From: Candidatus Levyibacteriota bacterium
GTDB lineage: Bacteria; Patescibacteriota; Microgenomatia; Levybacterales; UBA12049
Length of the DNA stretch: 64,000 bases
NCBI GenBank assembly: GCA_003152105.1
Contig: PLZJ01000002.1
Location: 108,257 to 172,256, forward strand
Reading direction: 5' to 3'
The notes below the pieces were generated by a model. That model ran no database searches. It was not told the DNA's origin and worked only from the letters and a program-made list of their open reading frames with translations. The translations under genes and the position numbers were made by a program. Positions 37,895 to 46,804 of the stretch are shown in pieces. Numbering within the stretch: position 1 is the stretch's first letter; each line of letters opens with the position of its first letter.

Positions 37895-38457
37895 AAGATT
37901 TTAAGATAGTTTTTATTCATGGATATACAGCTTCGCATCTTGCAGACTGGTATCCGAACATTTCAAAAGAATTAGACGCTCTTGGTATAGATTATGCTAC
38001 TCCAGATTTACCAGGAGGGATTCATTCACATGCTCAAGAGTGGCTTGATGTACTGCATAAAGTAGTTTCTCAAACAGATAAACAATTAGTTCTGGTTGGT
38101 CATAGTCTTGGTACTCGTACTGCACTTCTTTACCTTGAAAAATACCAACCAAAAGTAGAAGAGGTTTTTCTTATTGCTGCATTTGCCAACAGAACAGAAA
38201 ATGCAGATAGACGTGATGGAGAAGCGTATCCTGATTTTTTTAGCCATAAAGTAGATTTGGGAAAGATAATACCACTCGTTGGTAAGTTTATTGTTATGCA
38301 CTCCAAAGATGATAGTTCTATTGATTACGAGCAAGGCGTTGAGATCTCAAAAGATTTAGGAGCAGAGCTTATTTTATACGAAGGCAAAGACCATTTTAGC
38401 GAACCTAACAATGCTCCAGTCATACTTGAAGAATTGAGAAAGGAGTTAAATTTTTGA
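37891..38457 (+). CDS. alpha/beta-hydrolase (YdeN/RBBP9-like serine hydrolase)
   Basis: FIHGY...GHSLG nucleophile elbow, ~190 aa. Confidence 0.65.
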   Translation: MKDFKIVFIHGYTASHLADWYPNISKELDALGIDYATPDLPGGIHSHAQEWLDVLHKVVSQTDKQLVLVGHSLGTRTALLYLEKYQPKVEEVFLIAAFANRTENADRRDGEAYPDFFSHKVDLGKIIPLVGKFIVMHSKDDSSIDYEQGVEISKDLGAELILYEGKDHFSEPNNAPVILEELRKELNF

Positions 38458-38458
38458 T

Positions 38459-38905
38459 ATGAAAAAGGGCATTGATTATATTGGTGTTGGTGTAGGAGCA
38501 GCTATTTTTGACAAAAATGGAAAGCTATTTATTACCAAACGTGGTAAAGAAGCGAAAAATGAAAGAGGTAAATGGGAAATTCCAGGTGGAAGCGTAGAGT
38601 TCGGAGAAACCTTTAAGCAAGCAATAAAGCGTGAGATTAAAGAAGAACTTGGTATAGAGATTGAAATTATAGAGCTACTTGGTATCTGTGACCATATTAT
38701 TCCTGACGAGCACCAGCATTGGGTATCACCTACCTATATTTGCAAAATCAAAAAAGGAACGCCAAAAATACTTGAGCCTCATAAATGTGCAGAAATCGGT
38801 TGGTTTACCATAGAAGAAGCAGAAAAACTTTCACTTTCCATCGTAACCAAGTACGATATATCTCAGTTAAAAAAGAAGTATCCAAAAGAATTACATAGCC
38901 TATGA
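38459..38905 (+). CDS. NUDIX hydrolase
   Basis: NUDIX box GGSVEFGETFKQAIKREIKEELGI. Confidence 0.8.
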   Translation: MKKGIDYIGVGVGAAIFDKNGKLFITKRGKEAKNERGKWEIPGGSVEFGETFKQAIKREIKEELGIEIEIIELLGICDHIIPDEHQHWVSPTYICKIKKGTPKILEPHKCAEIGWFTIEEAEKLSLSIVTKYDISQLKKKYPKELHSL

Positions 38906-39534
38906 ATGACCAAAAACAACACTGGAATCAACTGCATTCGCAAGGGGCAATTAAAGATTATGCTAAAAAGCAAACAGATTTTGCAGAAGAAGTTAGTAAA
39001 ACTTTTCCTGCATCGGCAGCGGTTCTTGAGTTAGGTTGTGGATTAGGTAATGATAGTTTTTTCTTTGCAAAAAAGGGACATGCTGTAATATCAACTGATT
39101 TTTCAGAAACAGTAATAGAACAAAATCAAAAACACTATCAAAAACAACAAAACTTGAGCTTTCAAGTTATTGATATGAGTAAGCTGCTTCCTTTTAATGA
39201 CGTTCAATTTGATGTCATCTATGCAAGACTTTCGCTTCACTATTTTACCGATACCATAACAAAACAATTATTTACTGAGATTCATAGAATACTCAAAAAT
39301 GGAGGATTACTCTGCTTTATCTGCAAATCTATTGATGATTCATTATATGGTCAGGGTGAACAAATTGAAAAAGATATGTTTCAATTCAATGGTCATATAC
39401 GACACTTTTTCAGCGAAGAGTACGCCAAAGAATGTTTAACTGATGAGTACAAGATTAAGGTATTAGAGACTGGTGAAGAAGATTTTTATGGTAAACAGTC
39501 TGCTTTTGTAAAGGTTGTTGCTCAAAAGATTTAA
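38902..39534 (+). CDS. class I SAM-dependent methyltransferase
   Basis: Motif I VLELGCGLGND; motif post-I VISTDFS. Confidence 0.8.
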   Translation: MNDQKQHWNQLHSQGAIKDYAKKQTDFAEEVSKTFPASAAVLELGCGLGNDSFFFAKKGHAVISTDFSETVIEQNQKHYQKQQNLSFQVIDMSKLLPFNDVQFDVIYARLSLHYFTDTITKQLFTEIHRILKNGGLLCFICKSIDDSLYGQGEQIEKDMFQFNGHIRHFFSEEYAKECLTDEYKIKVLETGEEDFYGKQSAFVKVVAQKI

Positions 39535-39537
39535 CGG

Positions 39538-40575
39538 ATGAAAAAATATGTTTTTAAGCCATATAACCCAATCTTCCCAATACTTTTTGAGAAAGAAAAA
39601 CTACGTTTACAAAAGTATTTAACTGGAAGCTATCAAATTGAGCATATTGGCAGTACGGCAATCCCAAAACTTGGTGGAAAAGGAATTATTGATATTTATA
39701 TCGCTGTACCAAAAGGTCAAATGAAGCAAACCTCTCAGGAGATACAACAAGCTGGTTATGAGTTTAGAATGCAAGCGAGTAAAATGCACCATCACTTATT
39801 CCACAGAATTTATCTACCAGATGACTTAGAAGGAATAAGAACGTATCATGTGCATATAACCTATCCTGAACAACAGGACTGGATAAATACTCTTGCGTTT
39901 CGGGATTACCTACGGACACATCCACAAGACGTAAAAGAATACGCTGAAATCAAAAAGAAAGCAGCCACAGAAGCAAACGAAGATAAAGATGCTTATATGA
40001 CAATAAAATCCCCTATGATGCAAGAGATTCTTCAAAAAGCTCTAGCATCATATGTGTCAAAATCATTAGTAAACCAGCTAACCAATCTAATATCACCTGA
40101 ACTTTGTATAAACAATAAAATGTATGAGGATTTTCTTGCCCTGATAAAAGAAGGTAAATTAACAAGAGAAGAAAATCCTGAGAACCATTGTTGTGTTTTC
40201 TTTATTCCCTATAACCCACAGACAAAACAGATTTTTATTGTTCATCATAAGAAAGCTAAGCAGTGGGTTGTACCAGGTGGACACATTGAAAAAGGAGAAA
40301 TACTGGAAGACGCTGTAAAGCGTGAAGCAAACGAGGAATTAGGAATAAAAATAGAAAAAGTAGTAAAACCATTCTTATTTTCCATTATGTATATCCATAA
40401 TGAAGGACAGCTTTGCAAAGCTCATCACGATATTTGGTATCTAATACCAACGAAAGATAAACTAAACATAGATTTTACCGAGTTTAATGACGTGAAATGG
40501 GCAACTATTTCAGAAGCAAGAAAGATAATTACGCATAAAACGTATTTACAGGCTATTGAAAGGATTGAAAAATAA
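39538..40575 (+). CDS. GrpB-family (nucleotidyltransferase-fold) protein fused to a C-terminal NUDIX domain
   Basis: N-terminal HIGSTAIPKLGGKGIIDI (GrpB/UPF0157 signature); C-terminal VPGGHIEKGEILEDAVKREANEELGI NUDIX box. Confidence 0.6.
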   Translation: MKKYVFKPYNPIFPILFEKEKLRLQKYLTGSYQIEHIGSTAIPKLGGKGIIDIYIAVPKGQMKQTSQEIQQAGYEFRMQASKMHHHLFHRIYLPDDLEGIRTYHVHITYPEQQDWINTLAFRDYLRTHPQDVKEYAEIKKKAATEANEDKDAYMTIKSPMMQEILQKALASYVSKSLVNQLTNLISPELCINNKMYEDFLALIKEGKLTREENPENHCCVFFIPYNPQTKQIFIVHHKKAKQWVVPGGHIEKGEILEDAVKREANEELGIKIEKVVKPFLFSIMYIHNEGQLCKAHHDIWYLIPTKDKLNIDFTEFNDVKWATISEARKIITHKTYLQAIERIEK

Positions 40576-40578
40576 CAA

Positions 40579-41299
40579 TATGCAAATTAAAGTTGTTTCT
40601 TGGAACATTTGGCAAGGGTATCACCTGAAAGAAGTAATCTCCTTCTTAACGAAGAGTAATGCTGATGTGATAGGTTTGCAGGAAGTCATAGAAAAAGATG
40701 GAACAAATATCGCTGCTGTTATTGCAAAGGAGCTTAGTTATGAATGTGCCTACCATAGAGCAATTGATAAGACACGACTAGGATTTCCACAAGGCAATGC
40801 AATTTTAAGTAAATATCCGATAGAAAAGAGTATACCTCACATGCTTAGTGATATGAGCTTCTACAAAGACACAGCAGAAACAGAGCCACGACTTGCAGTA
40901 GAAGCAAAAATTAACATAAAAGATAAATTACTTACTGTCTTTACAGTTCATCTTGCGTATTCTCACAAATTTCAAAATTCAGAAATGCGGAATTTGCAGG
41001 TAGACAATTTAATCAAACTACTTTCCGACACAAGAACAGTCCTTATTGGTGATTTCAATTCTCATCCAGACAGTTCATACATGGCAAAGTTAAGCGATGT
41101 TATGGTTAATACTGACAAGGATTTAACAACTCCAACGTGGACAATTTACCCATTTGACTACGAAGGATTTAAGGAGACTGAACTGAGGCATAGATTGGAT
41201 TATATTTTCGTCAGTAAGGATATAAAAGTAGATTCATTCAAAGTTGAAGACTCCAAAGGCTCAGACCACTTACCAATATCTTCAATAATAGAAATGTAA
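40579..41299 (+). CDS. endonuclease/exonuclease/phosphatase (EEP) family protein
   Basis: VVSWNIW...VIGLQEV N-terminal motif, with a C-terminal SDHLPI motif. The track start at 40556 is TTG. Confidence 0.8.
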
Positions 41300-41331
41300 T
41301 TCCTCATTAACGATACACAACTTTACCTCAA

Positions 41332-42588
41332 ATGATATACTTGTCTACGCACGATATGAAAATAAGTTATTCTTGGGAAGAAACAGAAACCCTATGGCAA
41401 TCCCGCTACGAAACTCTAGCGCAAGAAGCAGGTATTTCTTCTGATACATTAAGAGCTTCTAGGGCACAATTATTAGTTGCGTTTGGCGAAGTCTGGTTAA
41501 AACAAGAATATGAAAAATCCAAGAAAACTTCTAAACCACTCCACGAAATGTTAAAACCAAGTCTTGTTGGAATGCTTTCCAACCCAGTCATCAATAACGC
41601 AGTCCAAATTGTTGAGTTAGCAAAATACCTTACTGTCCTGAGAGACCAAGAGAAACTGAATGAAACATTAACAATGCTCAAAGCACAGTTTGAAGCAGCA
41701 AGATTAAATATAGCGGTGGCATACAGGCTTCATAAAGTTGGATTTGAAGAATTGTCCATAGAGCCAGACTCTCCCAGAGGTAAAGGCGATGTAAAAGGCA
41801 AGTTTCTTAACGTGCCATTTTTCTTTGAATGTTCCATTATTGAGGAAAAGAATTTAGAGTTCTTGTTTCAGAGCCTTCTTGAAGAAAGGCTATCAAAAGG
41901 AATGAAAGATCAAGCATTACAAGTTGGCTTTGAGGTAGAATTCGTTAAAGCAGTTGATGCGACTGGCATTAACGAGACAGTTGAAGCAGTCAAACAAGCA
42001 AGACATATCTTTGGCAAACAGGAGAAACTTTTCGATACTCCTTTCAAATCCTCTGTAGCAAGAGGGAAAGTTTTCCGCTTACAAGAAGAGCATAAAAAGT
42101 CACCTCCCGATATGGAGAAATGGGATGCTGTCTTTTCATTAAGCTATGAAACTCCTGTGGAAACGAGAAACATTTACACAATTGACCTTGACGTTCCACA
42201 TAATGCTACTGGACGACTGTTTATAAAAGGGCTTCATTCTGCTCAACAACAAAAATCCATGTATGAACGAATGAAAGCGAAGTTGGAAGAAAAAATAGTA
42301 CAGACGCACAATGTGCCAGACAAAAAAATCTTTGTAATAATGACGGAAAAAAGAATAGAGGGTTTTAGCTGGAAAGACATATGGAAAAGCATGGAGTCAA
42401 ACCTAAAAACTAGACCAAACATCGCTGGCGTGTTCTTTGTAGATAGGCGACAAACAGAACTGGATGGTAAAATGAGATTTGCATATCCGCTTGCATTTTT
42501 CGTTAACATCTATGGCGACATGCCTGAATTACATCCATTGTTCGAGAATCTGAAAAAACTAGAGAGGAGTGATTGGTTAGCAGCATGA
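41332..42588 (+). CDS. hypothetical protein (418 aa)
   Basis: Long ORF with no recognised family; 16-nt overlap with the downstream gene. Confidence 0.45.
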   Translation: MIYLSTHDMKISYSWEETETLWQSRYETLAQEAGISSDTLRASRAQLLVAFGEVWLKQEYEKSKKTSKPLHEMLKPSLVGMLSNPVINNAVQIVELAKYLTVLRDQEKLNETLTMLKAQFEAARLNIAVAYRLHKVGFEELSIEPDSPRGKGDVKGKFLNVPFFFECSIIEEKNLEFLFQSLLEERLSKGMKDQALQVGFEVEFVKAVDATGINETVEAVKQARHIFGKQEKLFDTPFKSSVARGKVFRLQEEHKKSPPDMEKWDAVFSLSYETPVETRNIYTIDLDVPHNATGRLFIKGLHSAQQQKSMYERMKAKLEEKIVQTHNVPDKKIFVIMTEKRIEGFSWKDIWKSMESNLKTRPNIAGVFFVDRRQTELDGKMRFAYPLAFFVNIYGDMPELHPLFENLKKLERSDWLAA

Positions 42589-43124
42589 TAGAAGACAAAG
42601 GAAAAAGATTGGCGAGGTTTCAAAATGGTTCACCGATAGAAATTATAGAAACACTTCTCAATTCTATTGCAAACTTTTATAATGGGGAAATTGACCAAGC
42701 TGCAAGTTCTCAACTCTGGCTATTGGTGATATTAGGTATCCATTCAGTAGCTTTAACTATTTCAGAAGGCATTTTTGACAAAAAAGGGTTAACTGGATTT
42801 ACTTTCTTTTTAGAAAACTTTATGGATGAAGACAAGGAAGGTTTTAAGTTTTCAGAGATAGCAAAACAAATACACAATTACAGAAATGTTGTTGCCCACC
42901 ATTGGTTATCTGCTTCTGGATATGATTTTGGCATAGACGGAGGTATGACAAAAGGATGGGAAGAAAGAGAGAATGTTATTTACTTCAATCCAAAGGTATA
43001 TTACGAGACTTTCAAAAACGCATTTGGTGGTGGCGGAAAAATTTGGGACTACAGACAGTTGCTTTCTCCCGAAGAATTGGAAACAGTAAAGGCAAGGTTA
43101 TTAAAGAAATACGAAACCCGATAA
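42573..43124 (+). CDS. hypothetical protein with Rx4HH motif (possible HEPN-like)
   Basis: IHNYRNVVAHHW fits the HEPN Rx4-6H signature; 183 aa. Confidence 0.35.
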   Translation: MVSSMIEDKGKRLARFQNGSPIEIIETLLNSIANFYNGEIDQAASSQLWLLVILGIHSVALTISEGIFDKKGLTGFTFFLENFMDEDKEGFKFSEIAKQIHNYRNVVAHHWLSASGYDFGIDGGMTKGWEERENVIYFNPKVYYETFKNAFGGGGKIWDYRQLLSPEELETVKARLLKKYETR

Positions 43125-43286
43125 AACTGTTGGCGTATTATATATTAAGCATAATTTGGGATATAATACTGTTGGGAAGCTGGTAATTGTGCGTAAAAAG
43201 CTCGAACATCGTCTACGAGCTTCCGCTATATCATTTAAAAATTTGTTTAAAAGAAAATAATTTCAATTTTAAAACTTAATAATCGT

Positions 43287-43712
43287 ATGAAACAACTTAT
43301 AAGTGCAGGTGGCGTAGTATTTACTAAAAAAGATGGCAATTTATGCATATTGATTGCACAACATGCTTCTCATCATGGATGGGTATTCCCAAAAGGTTTA
43401 GTTGGAGATCATATCGCATCAGAAAGTAAAGAACATACAGCTATTCGAGAGGTACAAGAAGAAACAGGCATTACTGGAAAAATTCTCCATACTCTTACTC
43501 CAATTTCTTATTCATACACTGATAAGGAAGATCATATAAATAAAACTGTTTATTATTATGTTATGCAATTTGTAAGCGGAGATATACGTAATCACGATGC
43601 TGAAATGGAAAATGTTGAATGGATTAATAGCTCTAAAGTTTTGGAGAAATTGACATTCAAATCAGACAAAAAAGTTTGGCTTGAAGCTGCTAAAATTATT
43701 AACCAAGCGTAA
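43287..43712 (+). CDS. NUDIX hydrolase
   Basis: NUDIX box PKGLVGDHIASESKEHTAIREVQEETGI. Confidence 0.8.
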   Translation: MKQLISAGGVVFTKKDGNLCILIAQHASHHGWVFPKGLVGDHIASESKEHTAIREVQEETGITGKILHTLTPISYSYTDKEDHINKTVYYYVMQFVSGDIRNHDAEMENVEWINSSKVLEKLTFKSDKKVWLEAAKIINQA

Positions 43713-43715
43713 TTG

Positions 43716-43802
43716 CGGAGAGGGCGGGATTTGAACCCGCGATACCTTTACAGGTATACAGCTTTTCCAAAGCTGCGCACTAGGCCACTATGCGACCCCT
43801 CC
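43716..43802 (-). tRNA. tRNA-Ser (anticodon GGA)
   Basis: Reverse complement: acceptor GGAGGGG/CCCTCTCC region; anticodon stem-loop CAGCT TTGGAAA AGCTG; long variable arm; T-arm GCGGG TTCAAAT CCCGC. Confidence 0.8.
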
Positions 43803-43834
43803 AGTGTTTCTCATTATATAAATCGTAAGTTCTT

Positions 43835-43863
43835 TTGTAAACAATCCTTATCCTTTATACTAT
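43835..43863 (+). promoter_or_regulatory. sigma70-like promoter TTGTAA-N17-TACTAT
   Basis: Predicted start site lies essentially at the GTG (43868) of the downstream ORF. Confidence 0.3.
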
Positions 43864-43867
43864 ACGC

Positions 43868-45049
43868 GTGTATCTTAAAAAGAATCTTAAAAATATAGCA
43901 CAATATTATGTTTCCAATTTAATTGGTGGACGGAAAAATACTAGTGATTGGGAATTTGAAAAATATGGATTAAAAACTGAAGTGATTCAAAATAAACAAT
44001 TAGCTCTTGAATTAGAAAACGCATGCCAAAAGGATGGATATCTATTATTTTCAGAATTTTTACAAATTGATCAACACGGTAAATATGGATATCATTTAAA
44101 TAATAAATGGCATGGCGAACAACAACTATATAGGTACTGGGGCAAGGCTATTGCAAAGTTATGTCAATATGAACCCATAGAAAGGGTTTTAGATTTTGGG
44201 GCAGGTAATGGAGATTTGGGTATTGCAGTAATTGATGAAGCAAGAAAATTACACTATAAAATAATCTGGAGCGGAATCGAAATTAATGGAAATTTAATAA
44301 GTACGATTCGTCAAGCATTTAAGCGCAAAAAATATGAAGAAAACTTACTCCAAATATCTCCTTCAATTAATAAAATCTTGTCCAGTTCAAAAAAGAGTTT
44401 ACTCGTCTTTTCATATAGTCTAGATAATCTTGCACCCGAAATGTTTATCAATGAAAATCAAGATTTACATTACCCCACTAATCTAATGGGAGTAACAGTT
44501 AAAAATGGAGTTGTAAACGAAATAATATTAACAAATGAACAGCTTTTAAAAAAGAAAATTCAATATAAGAATGGTGTTTTATCGCAAAATGGAACTTCCT
44601 ATAATCTTCATGGCTGGAAATTAACGCACCTACAACGCGCTTGCATCCCAATAACAGCTGCTAAAATACTCCTGCAATCAAGCAAGAAAGTAAAACAAAA
44701 CTCAATGCTTCTTATTATTGACGAATTTTCTGAGCCAAATTATGCAAGAAACGAAAAACACTTGAATTTTCCTAAAGATTTAACTGTATTTGACCGAATA
44801 TTTAAGAATACAACAAAACTTTATAATCAAGCAGGAAATAATCTATTGTACTATCCGACCTACCTGTTAGCTTACGAAAGCATATTACAGTCGCTTGGAT
44901 ACACTCAACTGCAAATTGATAATGAGCGTACATTAGCAAATATACTCGCAAAAAAACACATAATCCAAAATATTCCCGGACTTTGCTTTGGCATCTTAGC
45001 GAAAAAAACCTCAAAAACAGTAAATCCAATTACTATTAAAGCCTATTAA
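43868..45049 (+). CDS. putative SAM-dependent methyltransferase-like protein
   Basis: VLDFGAGNGDLG motif-I-like. The track start is GTG and no in-frame ATG lies nearby, so the start is uncertain. Confidence 0.4.
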   Translation: MYLKKNLKNIAQYYVSNLIGGRKNTSDWEFEKYGLKTEVIQNKQLALELENACQKDGYLLFSEFLQIDQHGKYGYHLNNKWHGEQQLYRYWGKAIAKLCQYEPIERVLDFGAGNGDLGIAVIDEARKLHYKIIWSGIEINGNLISTIRQAFKRKKYEENLLQISPSINKILSSSKKSLLVFSYSLDNLAPEMFINENQDLHYPTNLMGVTVKNGVVNEIILTNEQLLKKKIQYKNGVLSQNGTSYNLHGWKLTHLQRACIPITAAKILLQSSKKVKQNSMLLIIDEFSEPNYARNEKHLNFPKDLTVFDRIFKNTTKLYNQAGNNLLYYPTYLLAYESILQSLGYTQLQIDNERTLANILAKKHIIQNIPGLCFGILAKKTSKTVNPITIKAY

Positions 45050-45103
45050 AATAGCTGATATTTTCTTGACATTTATTACATTTTACTTCACACTTAATCA
45101 AGT

Positions 45104-46801
45104 ATGAAACTCCGTGCCCTGCTCATATTATCCTTATTTATTGGCATTTTTTCTTTTTTCGCCTCCGGAGGACCAGCATTTGCGCAACAAGACTCTTCAT
45201 TTGCAAATCCTTCACAGAATAATCCATATTTACAACTTAATTTAGATAATAATGTTCCAAAAAATTTCCACACCTTCACACAAAGCTTAGTTCTTGAACT
45301 TCTGTCTAGTTCAACATGTTTAATTGCTGGCGTAGATGCATCAAACCCTAAGCAAGGTTGTTTAGGCACAAATCCTAAAACAGGAAAAATAGGATACGTT
45401 AAAAATGGAGGAGCTATTGAAGCAATGGGAACAATGGTTGGCTCACTCTATACCCCAACAGTTTCTTCCGGTGATTATATTGGATATTTAAATAAAAATT
45501 TTCAGGTAAAAAGTGCTTATGCGGCTACAGGTAGCTATGGGTTTAATGGCTTACTTCCTTACTTAAATGTATGGGTAGTTTTTAGAAACCTTGCGTACTT
45601 AGTTTTTGTCATATTATTTGTGGTGGTAGGATTCGCAATCATGCTAAGGCTAAAAATTGACCCACGTACCGTAATGACTATACAAAATCAGATTCCAAAA
45701 CTTATTGTATCCATACTTCTGGTAACTTTTTCTTATGCAATTGCAGGACTACTTATAGATTTAATGTGGACAAGCACGTTTTTGGTGATCAATATCTTCC
45801 ATGAAGCTCAACCTGCAATCAGCTCAACAGACGCATACAACAATATTGATAATCAACCTTTTGGATTTGTGAATGCTGCAGCTGTCCCAAACGGAGGGAA
45901 TATAGTTAGTCTTGCTGGACAAGGAGCTGGGGACGCAAAAGACGTCATCATTAGCATGTTTTCAAATAGCAGTCCAATTGTAAAACAGGGCACCGTTTTA
46001 AATGGAGGCACTATTCTAGGAGGTGCTGCAGTAGGTGCCGCTGGAGGAGCAGCAATAGGCGCAGGAATAGGAGCTTTTGCTTTTGGAGCAGGAGCTATAC
46101 CTGGAGCCGTAATTGGAGGTTTGGTTGGTGCAATTGGAGGAGGCCTTTTTGGAGCTGCAAATGGAGGCGTGAATGTTAATGCACTTGTTGGAAATGTTCT
46201 GACATTTATAATTGGCTACGTTATTTCTATTCTTGTATTTCTTGTATTGATGGTGGCACTTCTAGTTGCTCTTTTTAGATTGTGGTTTACCTTATTAAAA
46301 GCGTATGTGTTTGTACTAATTGGAGTTGTTCTATCCCCTTTATGGTTCTTAATCGGCACTTTGCCTGGAAAAAATGGATTTAATATGTGGCTAAAGTTTA
46401 TGCTGGGTAATCTGGCTGCATTCCCTGCAGCTGTAGCAATGCTACTGATGGGTAAATTATTTATGGTTTCTGGAGCTTATGGTGCAACATTTGTACCTCC
46501 TCTTATTGGAGATCCAAATGGTGCTTCTTTTTTGCCACTTGTCGGCATAGGATTTATATTAGCTACTCCAGGCGTAGTTGAGCTAACAAAATCAGTTATG
46601 AGCGGAAAAGGACCACAAGGCATTCCAGGTCTCGGAGGATCACTAAAATCAGGGCTTGCTGCACCAAGTAGAATACTAAGTGGAGGCGTCTCTTACTTTA
46701 CCAACCCACACTACAGTAGCAAAGGAGGCACAGACAAGAAAGGTGGCATTGTTTATCCAGGATCGATGTTCACCCGTCTATTTGGAGCTTTTAAAAGATA
46801 A
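45104..46801 (+). CDS. VirB6/TrbL-like polytopic membrane protein (T4SS inner-membrane component candidate)
   Basis: Signal peptide, ~120-aa extracytoplasmic segment, at least 6 TM helices and a Gly/Ala-rich stretch (GGAAVGAAGGAAIGAGIGAFAFGAGA), co-located with other T4SS-like genes. Confidence 0.4.
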   Translation: MKLRALLILSLFIGIFSFFASGGPAFAQQDSSFANPSQNNPYLQLNLDNNVPKNFHTFTQSLVLELLSSSTCLIAGVDASNPKQGCLGTNPKTGKIGYVKNGGAIEAMGTMVGSLYTPTVSSGDYIGYLNKNFQVKSAYAATGSYGFNGLLPYLNVWVVFRNLAYLVFVILFVVVGFAIMLRLKIDPRTVMTIQNQIPKLIVSILLVTFSYAIAGLLIDLMWTSTFLVINIFHEAQPAISSTDAYNNIDNQPFGFVNAAAVPNGGNIVSLAGQGAGDAKDVIISMFSNSSPIVKQGTVLNGGTILGGAAVGAAGGAAIGAGIGAFAFGAGAIPGAVIGGLVGAIGGGLFGAANGGVNVNALVGNVLTFIIGYVISILVFLVLMVALLVALFRLWFTLLKAYVFVLIGVVLSPLWFLIGTLPGKNGFNMWLKFMLGNLAAFPAAVAMLLMGKLFMVSGAYGATFVPPLIGDPNGASFLPLVGIGFILATPGVVELTKSVMSGKGPQGIPGLGGSLKSGLAAPSRILSGGVSYFTNPHYSSKGGTDKKGGIVYPGSMFTRLFGAFKR

Positions 46802-46804
46802 AAA

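Noticed and set aside
43130-43286. Hairpin aagctcg-N11-cgagctt after the 42573-43124 gene as an intrinsic terminator
   Set aside because: No downstream U-tract; at most a weak or Rho-dependent stop, so not listed as a feature.
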